35,998 nt of DNA. It comes from a virus. Lineage: Duplodnaviria > Caudoviricetes. The notes under the pieces were generated by a model. The model was not told the origin of the DNA, made no database searches, and saw nothing but the letters and a program-made list of their open reading frames with translations. The position numbers and the translations under genes were made by a program. Positions 35,486 through 35,998 of the stretch are shown here, piece by piece. Location: the IMG/VR virus record IMGVR_UViG_3300005332_000003, positions 1 through 35,998 of that record; one strand, written 5' to 3'. Every line of letters starts with the position of its first letter. Positions within the stretch are counted from its first letter, which is position 1.

Positions 35486-35700
35486 TTGAGCTCGCAATTT
35501 CGATCCTGTGGCTGGCGCTCGGCATCATCATCCTGCTCGGGGTGGTGTGGCTGGTGCTCTACGGCATCAAGGTGTTCACGCCGATCCCGCCCCGCATTGA
35601 GCAGTTGGTGTGGATCGTGGTGCTGATCCTGATCCTGATCGCCGTGCTGTCGCTCCTCGCCGGTCATGGAGGCTCGCTTCGGCCTTCGCTCCTCCGGTGA
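35482..35700 (+). CDS. small two-TM membrane protein (possible holin)
   Basis: Two hydrophobic helices separated by PIPPRI; GAGGAGG RBS. Confidence 0.7.
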   Translation: MIELAISILWLALGIIILLGVVWLVLYGIKVFTPIPPRIEQLVWIVVLILILIAVLSLLAGHGGSLRPSLLR

Positions 35701-35760
35701 ATCACAGGTCGAGCCGCTGCCGCCGTATCCGCCGCCGCCGCCGCCGATCTGCGTCGGGTG

Positions 35761-35998
35761 CTAACGCCTGCTGGCACGGCCCATTGTCTTGCGCTTCGAC
35801 CGCCGCGAGGCGATGCGCAACGGCAGCCCCGCCGCCTTGGCGATCTTCCAGATTGTCTTGCGGTCGAGCCCCGTGCGCTCGCGGATCACGGCGATGGCGA
35901 CGCCGGTCTTGTAGAGCGTGATCACGGCATTGCGGCGCACCTGGTCGAGCGCACTATACCGCTTCCTGATGCCGTGGCGGCGCGCGATGTTGCACACC
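35761..35998 (-). CDS. helix-turn-helix protein (5' truncated by window edge)
   Basis: LYKTGVAIAVIRERTGLDRKTIWKIAK HTH pattern. Confidence 0.6.
   Translation of the reverse strand, partial: VCNIARRHGIRKRYSALDQVRRNAVITLYKTGVAIAVIRERTGLDRKTIWKIAKAAGLPLRIASRRSKRKTMGRASRR

Overview
This window is the packaging, morphogenesis and lysis region of a high-GC tailed dsDNA phage with a contractile tail. The host is probably Proteobacteria, possibly Alphaproteobacteria (inference only). Almost all genes are on the + strand. In order: small hypothetical genes, terminase small and large subunits, an HK97-type head module (portal, MuF/SPP1 gp7-like protein, prohead protease, major capsid protein), head accessory and neck genes, and a Mu-like tail (sheath, tube, chaperone with a GGGAAAG -1 frameshift, tape measure, gpN/gp44/gp45/gp46/gp47/gp48-like baseplate). 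These are followed by two paralogous tail fibres flanking a GH25 endolysin and holin-like gene. A ParB-like / DpdA(TGT)-like / queC / folE / queD / queE cassette, predicted to put 7-deazaguanine (preQ0) into DNA, is inserted between two neck genes. Less expected observations: (1) the outer virion proteins are very cysteine-rich while the tape measure has none, suggesting a disulfide-crosslinked particle; (2) three small proteins share an HxxCxxxCxP...W motif; (3) a perfect chromosomal-type parS palindrome lies beside the tail-sheath promoter; (4) there is a candidate ~57-nt small RNA transcribed divergently from the capsid operon; (5) the baseplate spike is fused to a collagen stalk; (6) a G-quadruplex-prone repeat region follows the deazaguanine cassette; (7) a truncated UvrD-like ATPase lies on the minus strand. 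All family assignments come from motif recognition and gene order; no database search was run.
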